Source of the DNA: Rhynchobatus australiae
Taxonomy: Eukaryota
Assembly (NCBI GenBank): GCA_034780895.1
Contig: JAUZTB010000127.1
Span: 51,128,997-51,191,326 of the forward strand
Direction of reading: 5' to 3'
Length of the DNA stretch: 62,330 bases
Position 1 is the first letter of the stretch. Every line of letters starts with the position of its first letter. A program made the translations under genes and the position numbers. The notes under the pieces were generated by a model. The model was not told the DNA's origin, made no database searches, and was given only the letters and a program-made list of their open reading frames with translations. Of this stretch, positions 10,691-23,297 are shown in pieces.

Positions 10691-13600
10691 CCAACCAATT
10701 CCAATTTTGCATTGAAGTTTAGTGAAAGTGTGTTCGAATGTTTTTTTATTAATATTTAAATGCCTTAGGATAGTTCCTGGGTCATGTTTCTAAGTGAGCA
10801 GCACACAATATTCTGTTCAGAAAATAGTTATTTGCGCTTGCCATGTTTCACTTGATTATATTTCACACGCCTGCACCCAAAGGATGCAGGATAGTAAAAG
10901 CAGGAACAGTAGTTTATTCCTTCACCCACAAGTGCTATTTCAATTCGCCCTCCTCAGTGAAAAAGTTAATATCGTATCTTTATTATTAACGTGCACGTGC
11001 ATGCAACAAAAATATGGTAACTATTGACATTCACCCTGTTAAGACCCCTCAGGCTCTCATATACCTCATTTAGCACCCTCCGACGTTTCAGATTTCTGTT
11101 GTGTTCATCGTTCTTGTCCAACCTTTCCTGTCGGAAAAAAACAGTTTGGAAAAAAAAGTCTTTTGATTCCATCCAACGCATTAAATTCCTCCCTTAAAAG
11201 GATGGATAACCAAACTATCCACAGGTTTCCTCCAGGTGCTCCATTTCTACATTATCCAAAAGATGTTAAGTGACACTATTAATTGTCCCCAGCGTATAGG
11301 TGAATCGGGGGGAGGGCTCATGAAAACGTGGGAAGATTAAAATTATCTTAGTGTATGAATAGTGTTATTTTTGTGGTTCATGGTCGGTACGGATTCGGTG
11401 TGTGGAGGGGTCTGCTTCCATGCTGTATCTCTCCATGACACGATGACTGATGACAGTTGACATGGGGACAGTTTACATAGTTGGATGTCCCAAGATTCTG
11501 TAACTAGAGCAAGAGCGTTTCAGGTGTGCCCAGCGCCAGAAATTACATTGCAAACTGTGGAAAATAACCTGGAGTGCAGTAAGGGTAATCTGTGATTGAT
11601 GACTTCTGAAAGGTTTTGCACTGGAAGCAAACAGCGGGACTGAGTCAACGTATAATTGCAAATTACACTAAGCATATATTAATCACATTTTTATTCTCTC
11701 CACGTTCTCATGAGCTCTGAGTCCCTGATTATACCACTCACCTCCACACTAGAGACCATTTATCGCAGCCCAGTAACCTAGCAACCCACACATCTTGGGA
11801 TGTTGGGGCCTATCCGCGATGAAATGACAATGTCAAGTAGACATGAGCAAATGGAAATTGACGAAGATAATAGTGCTGGAGGGAAGGAAAAGCCCTTTGA
11901 TGCAAAGTGACTGACCGTATTCCACTGGTTCGCTCCACATGCAAAATGGTCCAAAGTCATAAATGCCATAATTCTGTCGCAATGATCTTGAATCTGAGGG
12001 GATGGGTATGACCCGGTTGTGTACATAAGAGATCCAGCTCCACGTCAGAGGATATGCTTTATTCTTTTGCTTAATTGCCTCAAGGTGGGCATTGAGGGGA
12101 AAGGCAGAAATTATTGCCCTTCCCTGCGTTACATTCAGAAGGTCGAAGAAAGTCACCTTCTTACATTGTTACACAACGTCTGCTGAAAGTGCTCCTGCAG
12201 TGCTATTGAGTATTGCGTTCCAGTATGTAGACCCAACCAAGATGTGGAACCGTGATATAGTAGGATCGTGTGTCACCCGGATGTACCTGTTGTCCCCGTA
12301 CATTTTGAAGGCAGAGATCATGGATTTGCGAAGAACTGTCAAAGTAGCCTTTGATCGTAATTATAGGACCATGGTGATTTGTTCTAATCCCATGGTTGTG
12401 AAATTGTGCAGCCCTGTCCATTTGATTCTATTTTATTTCTGTCCATCAGCATGAGATGTTGCAGCTCCCTGAGGCTGGCATCATTAGGTAGTGGGTTGCT
12501 GCTCCCAGTCTGCCTTTCTGCACTCCACGTTTAACTTGAATTCAGCTCCTGGCGTGACTGTGATGAGGATCACCCATGTTCAGTAGGCAGGAGTGGCATT
12601 GAGCTTCCGGTTCTCTGCTATTTTAATTCATCACCTTAGTCGGTTTCTGGCATTTCTTTCTGTGGCATCATGCTCTGTTACAACAAGGCCCAATCCGAGA
12701 CTGAGGAGCAACATCAAATCTCCGGTCAATTTATGTTGCAACCAATGGGGCTCAATATCGAATTCCCTAACTTTAGATAACTCACTCTTTCTGTCTGTTT
12801 CTGTCAGATCTGTGCATTTCATCCTGTTGTAATTTTTTCTGTTATGTTTTTATATAAAGTATGGCCCGTTGTGCCTGTCCCGTATTCTTGCATTTTGCAA
12901 CAAATTTCACGGGCAGATCGGTGTTACGTGATTTCAGTTGCAAAAGTAGTTCATCTTGTCTTTTCCTGTCAGAGATATATCCCCCGTCCACACTCCTAAC
13001 CCTCACTTTCTCTGCTGCCTAAACTAACTCACTTCCTTTCTTTCAAATGAAGATTAGCGGACGTGAGATGTTAACTGTTTCTCTTTCCGCAGATAACTCC
13101 TGACCTGCTGAGTGTTCCCAGGATTTTCTGTTTCTTTTTTTATGTCATGTCATGACATGCAAACAGCAGGAATGTGATGGTTCACAGCGCCTCCTGGATG
13201 TCCAGTTTTGAACTAGCAAATTGTTCCAAATATACCCGAAGTAGTATTATTGCTATTCTACACACTAAATTAGTCTTTGGCTTGAAGGCGGAATTTTTCT
13301 CTCCCACATGACTGTGTGGCGATCAATTCGACATATGCCAACATGGACAGACGTACCTGCCACAGGTAGTCAGATAAGTATGATGTCAAGTCGGTCAATC
13401 TCCGATGATGTTACATCCACCAGGTGAGGCAGACCAGTTTGGCAGGTAGGCACTTCAGGATTGAACCATCTATGGTGGATGGCGGTACTGTCAAGACCCA
13501 GGTCGGAACTCCACCACCATGAGTACATCATGTGGCTTCACTATTTTCATGTATTTCTTCCATGTGTTATTTAGCTTGGCGGAGGGATGATGCATCATGT

Positions 13601-16600
13601 GAGTGAAGACGGGAGATGTGAATCTCTAGGGTGTTTACTTGCCCATGTTTAATAATAGCAGGAGATTTCTGGAGATCGGAAGGCAATGTTGGGGATCCCA
13701 ATTTCACTCCATCGTGGTTGTCTACCACAGTGCTATCAATTCTAATGGATCTGAGTGGCTGATGGAATAAAAAATAAACAAGCATTGTGATAGATGGCTC
13801 TTCTGCATTGTTTGAAAGGTATGATTCTGATTCTATGTTTGTGGTTATGTCGGTCTGACGCCTGAATAATCAGTGGGACTGTTCTTCCCACAGGGTCAAT
13901 GATCATCAGATATTTGTCAGGAGAAATTTGAATAGTTGACTGGGCTTGGAGAGCCTTTCCCGCACCAGTGAAGCATATGGGGTTTAATTGGGTTGCTGAT
14001 ACTCAGTTTTAATTTTTGGTTATTTGTTGTTTTGAATGGTTTTCACACCCTTGGGTGAGACATTCCAAGCATCTCGCCACTGGCTCAGCAAAATAACCGC
14101 TCTGGTATGACACGGATAATCACTCGGCAAAAAGATACATCAGCAAAAGACAGGCGTTAATACAGTCATATTAATGGAAACAGGAATATACATAGAATAT
14201 TGTGGTCCGTTATTCATTGTGTAAATATAGTTAACTTCCAGAAAATAATGACTGATCTGAATTGTTGAGAGATAGCAAAAACACTGGGTGGGTATTGCAG
14301 AGCAAACAGGCGCACCCAAAAAAAGGAACTGCAGTGGAAATTCCCATATAATAAATTATTAAGTGTCTGAAATACGTTTTGGATCAACAAGTTTCAGTCT
14401 CAGAACCGAGCGTGGCACTAAAACAAGGCAAAAATAAAACTGAATGTTTCAGGAGAGCAGGCAAGCAAAACATGAACCTGACAAATACCGCAACTGCAGG
14501 TGTTTCCTGTCAAGTGAACGAGAAAATCAAACTAGCCACAGCATTTCTGTGCCCCTGCAGCCTGTAACAAGCAGATTCCACGGAGATATTACTGAATATT
14601 ACACGCGATATCATCTTCAGCGAGGCTGCTTCCTTGACATTCGTCGGAAAGCATCGTGTCTCTCCCGGCGAGGTTCATTAATGTCAAAAATTTACAGTCT
14701 TCCCAAGCGTCTGAGCGATCGCAGGATACTTCCTTAAATCATTGTTCAGTTGCCTAATCAAAGATTACATCGGGTGCTGTTGCAAAGCATTTCCGCACGG
14801 CACAGCTGAAAGAAATCCCAACACTGCAGGCAAAAACAGAATTACTGCAATCAGTTATGAGAGGAAAAGTATGTTCGGACGCAACACAACACGCGGCAAT
14901 GAGCAAATGGTTCATACCGGATAAGTGCGCAATACTGGGCAGTAGAAAATAACGTACTTCTAGACTGTGCAAACAAGTATAAAAGCATATGAGTTCAGAG
15001 GAAGAGCAGGCCGCACACACCTTGGGCCGACTCGGCCATTTAATAAGATCGTCGCTGCTCTGATTCCAACATCTACTCTGGATTTTCTTCCAGCCGTGAC
15101 TTGGAAAGAGTCTCTCTACTATTTCTTATATGTGCATTCCCGGACTTTAAAGCAGTAATGCCTGGTTCCTCGTTCTGCCTCAATGGAAACATTCTCTCCA
15201 TATCTGCTCTGTGCAAATCTCTCTAGATCATTTTGCCTCAGTCAAGTTCGCTTTCTCGCTTTTATCCTGCAGCATATGCAAGCCGAGTCGGTCCAACTGT
15301 TCCGCAAAAGTAATTTCCAACTGTTCAACTCACACAAATTCTCAAAGTTCCTTCTAACACAGCAGAGTTAAGCCCAGAGAAGAACTTAACAATTAATAAG
15401 CAGCTCCCCGTAGGTGGGTTAATGCAGCAAAACGGGGCTGCATTAAAATAGTAACCTATCAGAATTCGGTCAGATGAAGCTTCTGGATGAAACAGATACA
15501 AGATATAAATGTATGAAAAACACTGCAGCAGGGAATGATATTCATAAAACAATTTATTAGTGATCTGACAACTAAACATAAGGGAAAAATACAAGTCTAA
15601 ATAAATAAACACTCAGGCCTGGAATTCCTGAGACTGTAAATGCATTGGATAGAAACACATCCTTTGAAACACTTCGAACTGTCCATATTCCTTATTTTGA
15701 AGGATATTCATCTTAACATTCCTTTATCTCGTTCTTTGTTCATTCAAAATATATAAATAACATTGTCTTGATGATTTTTCATTCCCTTTCTCAATTGATC
15801 TTAGTACATCGGTTTGGAAATTTGCAGCCTAACCAACTTCTGATCCAGATTCATTTTTATGTAACTTTGCAGATCTACTTGTTTCTTTATCCAAGTAGCT
15901 TGCTATGAAATGATTAGGTCGCTTCCTCGAATGTCCAACATACATGTATCATCTTAATGTTTGCCTCTTTAACTTTGAATTACCGTTGCTCAACGGAGGA
16001 TATGAAATAATTAAAGTAAACAACAACAAAAGTGAGTCTAATTGAAAGTAATACTAATATCTTCGTTTAGATGGTTACAGGTGTTCAAATATCGTGTGCT
16101 GCCTCTCCTGCACTCCTATTAGGTATGCGTAATGGGAGGAGTATGCAGAGAATGGGATGTTCCATGTCTCAATCGGATTATTTTCGATGATACAGCAAGC
16201 CCCTGTCAATTATTTACAGGGCGAGTCTCAGCAGTGTCCATTTCCAGATGGCATATGATATTTAAGTGATTTGATGAATGGATAAATTAGCGGAAAGCGA
16301 AACAAGTGGGATGCTTGGTTTTGAAAGGATCTGCAATCATGCAACAACACGCACACGCCCAGTAACATGGGTAAAGTTGTTTCTTGTCGACGGTGGAAAT
16401 GAGGGGGGATGATATGCCACAGGGGAAGACAGTCACACATACAGACATTGGCCTGCTCTTTACCTGTGCGACAGATTCAGTTGCATTTCTGGACATAGGT
16501 CATTCCAAGAATACTGAAGGTGGGGAATGAGCAATTGATTTCCCAGTGAATGTGTATTTAATACGGGTTGACTTTGTCTGGAAGTGTTTTTTTTTGTCAC

Positions 16601-17549
16601 TGTGTTTTGTTAAACCCCTTAGCCAATTCTCAGTTTATGACAGCACATAGACTTGGTCTTAATCCATTTATTCATGGAATGTATTCGTTTTTTTCCTGAA
16701 GGGCTTGGAATGGATTTTTCTGTAATCATCTGCGAATAATCTCACTTCTGAATTTATGATGAAAGTAACTGTAGTTGATAAAGAAGCTGAGAATGTTTCC
16801 ACTGATGATACAAATGAAATCTTGCAATGATATTCTGGGACTGAGGTAGTTGACCTTCAAATATTATTCTTCGTGCAAGATGCTACTGCGATCACAACGA
16901 CTGGAGAAAATTTTCCCGAGCTGTAAGGAATCAGGAGCAGGTTTTCAGCTAAAAGGTAGAGAGAAACTGAGCTGGAGGCTCTCAGCACTCTGATCGAACT
17001 TTTCCTCGCCATATTTGCGAGCCATAATGCTGAAGCTCGAGGATTGTGAGTGACGACGGGAAAAAAAACAGGGAAGGCCCTCGCGTATCCTGAATTAAAA
17101 CAAAAACGCCGAAGCACTCGACAATTTCAGTTGGAACAAGTCTCCTGAATTCCCTGTTCAGTCAACTGATGCCTTATTTCAACTTTCAGTTAACATTTCT
17201 GGAGACGAACCTGGAGAAGCGGACAAACACTGCTTATGAACGCATTTCCAAGGCAGCATCAATCAAGCTGTTGATGGCTAAACGCAACCTGATAGGTCTT
17301 GAATTATTTGGAGTAGATTTGTTCTGCTTTTATGTGGAAATAACATAGATCGGTTAGTATCTATATTTTTGCTACCAGTGTTATAAATATTCTAAAACAG
17401 TTTAGCTGGCGATGCCACTTATTCTAGGGACCTGACCAGTACTTCAGAAAGGTTATAATATTCGTGGAAACTTAGCCTAAAGATCTGAATTCCAGAGGTG
17501 AGGGGAGAGTGACGACCTTTGCTATCAGTGCAACATTTGACTGAGTATT

Positions 17550-18330
17550 ACATCAAGATATCATAATAAGTGAAGATCAATGGCATCAATGTGGTTGGAT
17601 TCATAACTTGCTCAAAGCAATATGCTTTTAATTGGCACTGTCAACTGCCAGAGTACCAAGGCATTACTGCAGGAGCAGACTCCAAGAGCCAACCACATTC
17701 AGCTGCTTTTTAAATGGCCTTTACAGTATAGAGGGGAATTTTCACTGATGAGTTCACAATGTTAAATTTCATTGACAAATCCTCAGCAAATGTAGCAACC
17801 CATATTGGCAAGTAACAAAGATCCAGATAACATCCAGGCTTGGGCTGAGAAGTCGTAATTTACATTCGAAATTCAAAAAATGTACGACAATGACCAACTC
17901 CAAAAATAAATTGTCTGAACCCACCCCTTGAAATTAAATGGCAGTGGCATTGCAAAATGCCCCGCATTCATCATCCTGGGTCTCGCCATTGAATAAAACC
18001 TCAACTACGAAATATTGTGGCTGGAAGAAGATTTCAAAGGCAATTGATTCACCTCACGAAACCCTAATGCTTCCACTATCCCAAAGGCACAAGTCAACAG
18101 CCTGAAAGTATAATCTCCACTTGGTTAGGTGAGTGCAGTTTCAACAATTCTCAGGAGGCTTGACAGCATCCAGGATAAAGCTCTCTGCATGACTACAAGC
18201 ACACAAAGTATTAATTTCTCTTCCCCGTGTATAATGTGCAGCCTGTGAAGTATTCACTGCATGTACTCACCCAACAGCATCTCCCAAACACGTGTCATGC
18301 TCCCCAAAGACAGACAATTCCCATGTTATA
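17550..18330 (+). mobile_element. Old CR1/L2-group LINE RT fragment (paralogous copy at about 18721-19390)
   Basis: Degenerate PT.FSCF.N.L and DNIQAWAEK motifs; many stops. Confidence 0.55.
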
Positions 18331-18339
18331 TACATGCAA

Positions 18340-20691
18340 TGTTACGGACCAGCAACAAAAGAAACACACAGAGACATGTATAAGTGTTAAAAAATACTTT
18401 ATTAATAACTACTTATGATAATAAGTATAACAAAAGTAAAAATGTTAGAATGTTAGAAGTAAGAATGTTAAACCCTGAACATTAACTCCCAAAAACTAAT
18501 TAAACTTGTCGTGTGTGTGTGGCAAATTCCCAAACTCCACGTCCAGGGATGGTTCTTAAAGTTCAGTTCAGCAAGCCATAAGGTGAAACATGAGTAAAGG
18601 CTTCTTCAACAACCACCGTTNNNNNNNNNNNNNNNNNNNNNNNNNNNNNNNNNNNNNNNNNNNNNNNNNNNNNNNNNNNNNNNNNNNNNNNNNNNNNNNN
18701 NNNNNNNNNNNNNNNNNNNNCAGGAGTAGACTCCAAGAGCCAACCACATTCAGCTGCTTCTTAAATGGCCTTTACAGCATAGAGGGGAATTTTCACTGAA
18801 GATTTCACAATATTAAATTTCATTGACAAATCCCGAGCAAATGTATCAACCTATATTGGCAAGTAACAAACATCCAGATAATATACAGGCTTGGGCTGAG
18901 AAGTCGTAAGTAACATCCGAAACTCAGAAATGCACGACAATGACCAACTCCAGCAAGAAATTGTCTGAACCCACCCTTTGAAATTAAATGGCAGTGGCAT
19001 TGCAAAATGCCCCGCATTCATCTTCCTGTGTCTCGCCATTGAATAAAACCTTAACTACGAAATATTGTGGCTGCAAGAAGATTTCAAAGGAAATTGATTC
19101 ACCTCACGAAACCCTAATGCTTCCACTATCCCAAAGAAACAAGTCAGCAGTCTGAAAGTATAATTTCGATTTGGTTAAGTGAGTGCAGTTTGAACAATTC
19201 TCAGGAAGCTTGACAGCATCCAGGATAAAGCTCTCTGCATGACTATTACGCTATCAAGCACACAAAGCATCAATTTCTCTTCCCCGTGTATATTGTGCAG
19301 CCTGCGAAGTATTCACTCCATGTACTCACCCAACAGCATCTCGCAAACGCGTGGCATGCTCCCGAAGACAGACAATTCCCATGTTATGTACGTACACTAC
19401 CACCTGAAGGTTCGGCACCAAGTGCTCACCGTGTTGACTTGGAACTATCTCCATTGTACTTCATTATTGTTGCTGTTAAATCCAAGACGTCCCTCTCCGA
19501 CGGCAGTTTAGGTGGCTCTCCACCGCATCGCATGCAGAGTTTCAAGAAATAGACTGGATAAAAAGTGATGGACAATAAATTTGGGACTTGCCAGTATATA
19601 TATAAATATATATATTTAAGTACCCTCTTCGAGTATACTGTCTACGAAATACTAATTTGAATCTTTCTATGGAATTTCTCTTAGTTTCTTCATAAGAAAC
19701 CCTGCAACTTCCAGAGGAAAAAAAAGCAATGGACCCAATTCCTGAAGAATCATGACAAATTTGAGCCACAACAAAAAGTTGAAGACACCCACGCGGCGAA
19801 ATGTTTGAATAGCAAATTCGGCATTTCCTTTATTTACCTTTTTTAAATTTCATATTTCCAGCATCTGAGTTTTTTAAAAGTTTTCCGGCTATATAATTGT
19901 TTGAATGCCTCGCTACAGATTAAACATTAAAAGTTAGAAGCAAAACATTCTGTAGTGCATTTTGTTCTGTTGATTATCTCCGTCATTATTTTTGCAATAC
20001 GGCATCGACCGCCATTCTGCAGGCTTTAACAGGGCACAGCAGATTTCATTTGTATTTGTGACAACTTGATGAACTTCTGTTAAACGTGATAAATATTATG
20101 ACTTACAGTAGACAGTGTAAGCTATGTGCTCTCACAGGTTTCACGCTGATTATAGTCATGATGTAGATTTGATAAAGCGCACATTCTCTTCAAATTGCAG
20201 TGCTCGAAAATTAAAGCATGACTTTTTCAGAAAACATCTATTTGCCCACGTGAGATAAGATATTTATATTCATGGTTAACGTAATATTGTTGCAAGAACG
20301 CACTGAGCGATGCTTGTGTCCTTATTGCTCTATTTCCAGCGTCACGTCCCTTCATCATTGGACTGACACTTGCTCGCTGGAGAATAGTTCCACAATTACC
20401 CTCNNNNNNNNNNNNNNNNNNNNNNNNNNNNNNNNNNNNNNNNNNNNNNNNNNNNNNNNNNNNNNNNNNNNNNNNNNNNNNNNNNNNNNNNNNNNNNNNN
20501 NNNACTCTCAACAATCCATTCGTGGATTGCAGTGATAGTCAGAGTTTTTGTTTCTCATCCATCGATAGAGAAAACAAGCAGGCTGGTGTCTCTCTCTCTC
20601 TCTCCCTTGTTCTTCTGTCTCTCTTCAGACTGACTCCGACTGGTGGTTTCAACAGCAACGTCATGACGTTCTTTATCTTCTGTTAACGTAG

Positions 20692-20733
<42 letters not shown>

Positions 20734-20770
20734 TTGAAGGAACACTCACTAATAGTCCTAGTCCGTAACA
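18340..20770 (-). mobile_element. Second LTR of the same Gypsy family (probably solo), split by gaps into 18340-18620 and 20504-20770
   Basis: Reverse complement of the LTR 3' end at 18340 and of the LTR 5' end at 20770. 4-bp TSD GCAA at 18336-18339 and 20771-20774. Confidence 0.85.
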
Positions 20771-23039
20771 GCAATACCACCTGAAGGTTCGGCTCCAAAG
20801 TGCACACCATGTTGACTTGGAACAATTTCCATTGTACTTCATAATTGTTGCTCTTAAATCCGAGACGTCCCTCTCCGACAGCAGTTTAGGAGGCTCTCCA
20901 CCGCATCGAATGCAGAGTTTCAAGAAATGAACTGGATAATCAATGGTGGACAATAGATTTGGGACTTGCCAGTGACATATATGTATATTTAAGTACCCTT
21001 TTCGAGTAGACTCCGTCTTCGAAATACTAATTTGAATTTTTCTATGGAATTTCTCTTGGTTTCTCCATACTGCACCTTCTAGAGAAAAAAAATGCACCGA
21101 ATTCATGGAGATTCATGATAAATTTGAGCCATAAGAAAAAGTTAAAGATACGCACGCGACGAAATGTTTGAATAGAAAATTCGGCATTTCCTTTATTTCC
21201 CTTTTTTTTTCATTTCAGATTTCCAGTATCTGATTTTTTTTATATAGTTTTCCGGCGATATAATTGTTTGAATGCCTAGCGTACAGATTAAACATTAGAA
21301 ATTGGAAGCAAAACATTCTGTAGTGCATTTTGTTCTGTTGATTATCTCCGTCATTACTTTCGCAATACGGCAGCGACTGCCATTCTGCAGGCTTAAACAT
21401 GGCACAGCAGATTTCATTTGTATTTGTGACAACTTGCTGAAATTCTGCTAAACGTGATAAACATTGTGACTTATAGTAGACAGTGTAAGCTATGTGCTCT
21501 CACCGGTTTCACTCTGATTATAGTCATGATGTAGATTTGAAAAAGCGCACATTCGCTTCAAATTGCAGTGCTCGAAAATTAAAGCATGACTTTTTCAGAA
21601 GACATCGATTTGCCCACGTGCGATAAGATATTTATATTTACGATTAAAGTAATATTGTTACAAGAACGCACTGAGCGATGCTTGTGTTCTTATTGCCCTA
21701 TTTCCAGAGGTCACGTCACTTCATCATTGGATTGACACTTGCTCGCTGGAGAATAGTTCCACAATTACCCTTTGACTTGCAGAGGACATTTCTTTCTCAT
21801 TCCTGCCCCCTATATACTACAGTTCTCATTATTTATACCCTATAATAGCTCTTTACAGTTGATGATCCTAGACCATTCGAAGGCACCACTATGTTTTGTG
21901 GATGCTCGCTGTTGGCGCGTTAAGCTCACTGGCGGAAAGGACCCCGACTCAAATCAAATCTCTTGATGGAGGGTAAGTATTCCCATGTTTCTGGTACACA
22001 CATGGTTCATCACAGAATATCAATCTTCAATGAAGAATTCAGCATAATCCTTTTAGAACCGTCCATTTATTTCTCCCATCTGAGAAATTCTCGTTGTTGC
22101 ACGAATCGCCCTCACCCGCGTTCGGTGCTGCTTAGACGACTGTGTTTCTCACTTTCTCAGTGTTGATGAAGAGTCCGAGAACTGAAACGTTTTATCTCTC
22201 TTTTCACCTACTCAGACTGGCTTGCTTCCCCCCGCCACCACCACCCCACCCCCCCACCGACCCACCCCAGCATGTTCTGTGTTAGTATCAGAATTCCAGC
22301 GTCCGTATTCTTTTATTTCCATTCATGGAGGGGCATATTTTCAATTTCTCCTTGGAGCTTATCATACAGGCCGCCAAATGTAGGTAAATAGAATGGCATT
22401 GAAAACATTTGTTTTTCTTCAGTTTAATGCTTGATGGTGTGGAGAGAAATTGAACGCCCAATTTGACAAGGCGCCAAACGTACAAGTTAAATGTCTTTTT
22501 CAACATTATATTTTTGTAGTTGAAAATTGCTGAGAATTTTAATAATACCGGAAGATTTTCTTCCACCCGTTTTTTCTGCTGTATTTCTAAACGCCAAGTT
22601 CAACTCTTCTCATCTGGTTTCAAACTTAATTCTGCTTTTTTTGTGCGTAAGATATGCTGGAGAAGAATGATTTACACTACACGAGGTATCAATATTTTCT
22701 GAATCACAGCATCAAATTGAAGAAAGTTGAAATTTACTGTCCACACTTCCTCCTCTGGGTAATACTAGTTCTATGACATTATATGAATGTGGAGATGTAT
22801 GCAGAACCAGAATTCGTAGACTAAAAGCATTTGGGGATAGAGATGGTCATTGTGGAACCTTGAGGAATGAGGTAACACGTTGCGTCAGAAGTCCGTAAGC
22901 TCTAGAATGCACAACCTGAAAAAGACGGAATAAACTCGTTCGCTTCTTTGAATCGGATACCGATTCGATGATTCACTTTCTTGCGAGACTCACTGGAAAG
23001 AATGCAATGCGGTGTTCATTATGGGGCAGGTTCATGCTC

Positions 23040-23095
23040 ATTGGTTTATTTGATGAGACTGCAATTGACGCCTCACCTCTGAGAAAACCTATTGG
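23040..23095 (+). promoter_or_regulatory. Candidate proximal promoter: two inverted CCAAT boxes (ATTGG at 23040 and 23091) and a TGACG half-site
   Basis: The motifs lie 160-210 nt upstream of the predicted ATG. They are short, so the evidence is weak. Confidence 0.25.
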
Positions 23096-23251
23096 TTGTT
23101 TGGTGGCACGGTTTGGTTGCTGAAAGAAAAGTCAATAATTCACTTCCAAATGGTTTGGAGTGTTAGAAGACGTCTGAAGGACAACTTGATAATTACAGAT
23201 AGGGAGTTCGGCTAAAGTTCTGGTCCATTTGCAATAGCTGTTTGTTGAGAG

Positions 23252-23297
23252 ATGTCGTTGTGCTTCCTGACGTTGATTCTACTGCAGTTATGGAACT
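23252..23297 (+). CDS. Exon 1: signal peptide [15 protein letters not shown](C)
   Basis: ATG at 23252, hydrophobic Leu-rich core, strong phase-1 donor T|GTGAGT at 23298. Too short to appear in the ORF track. Confidence 0.72.

Noticed and set aside
16857-17120. Exon-like GC-richer patch with a GTGAGT donor at about 17046
   Set aside because: I found no convincing acceptor, open frame or recognisable peptide. A non-coding exon cannot be excluded.
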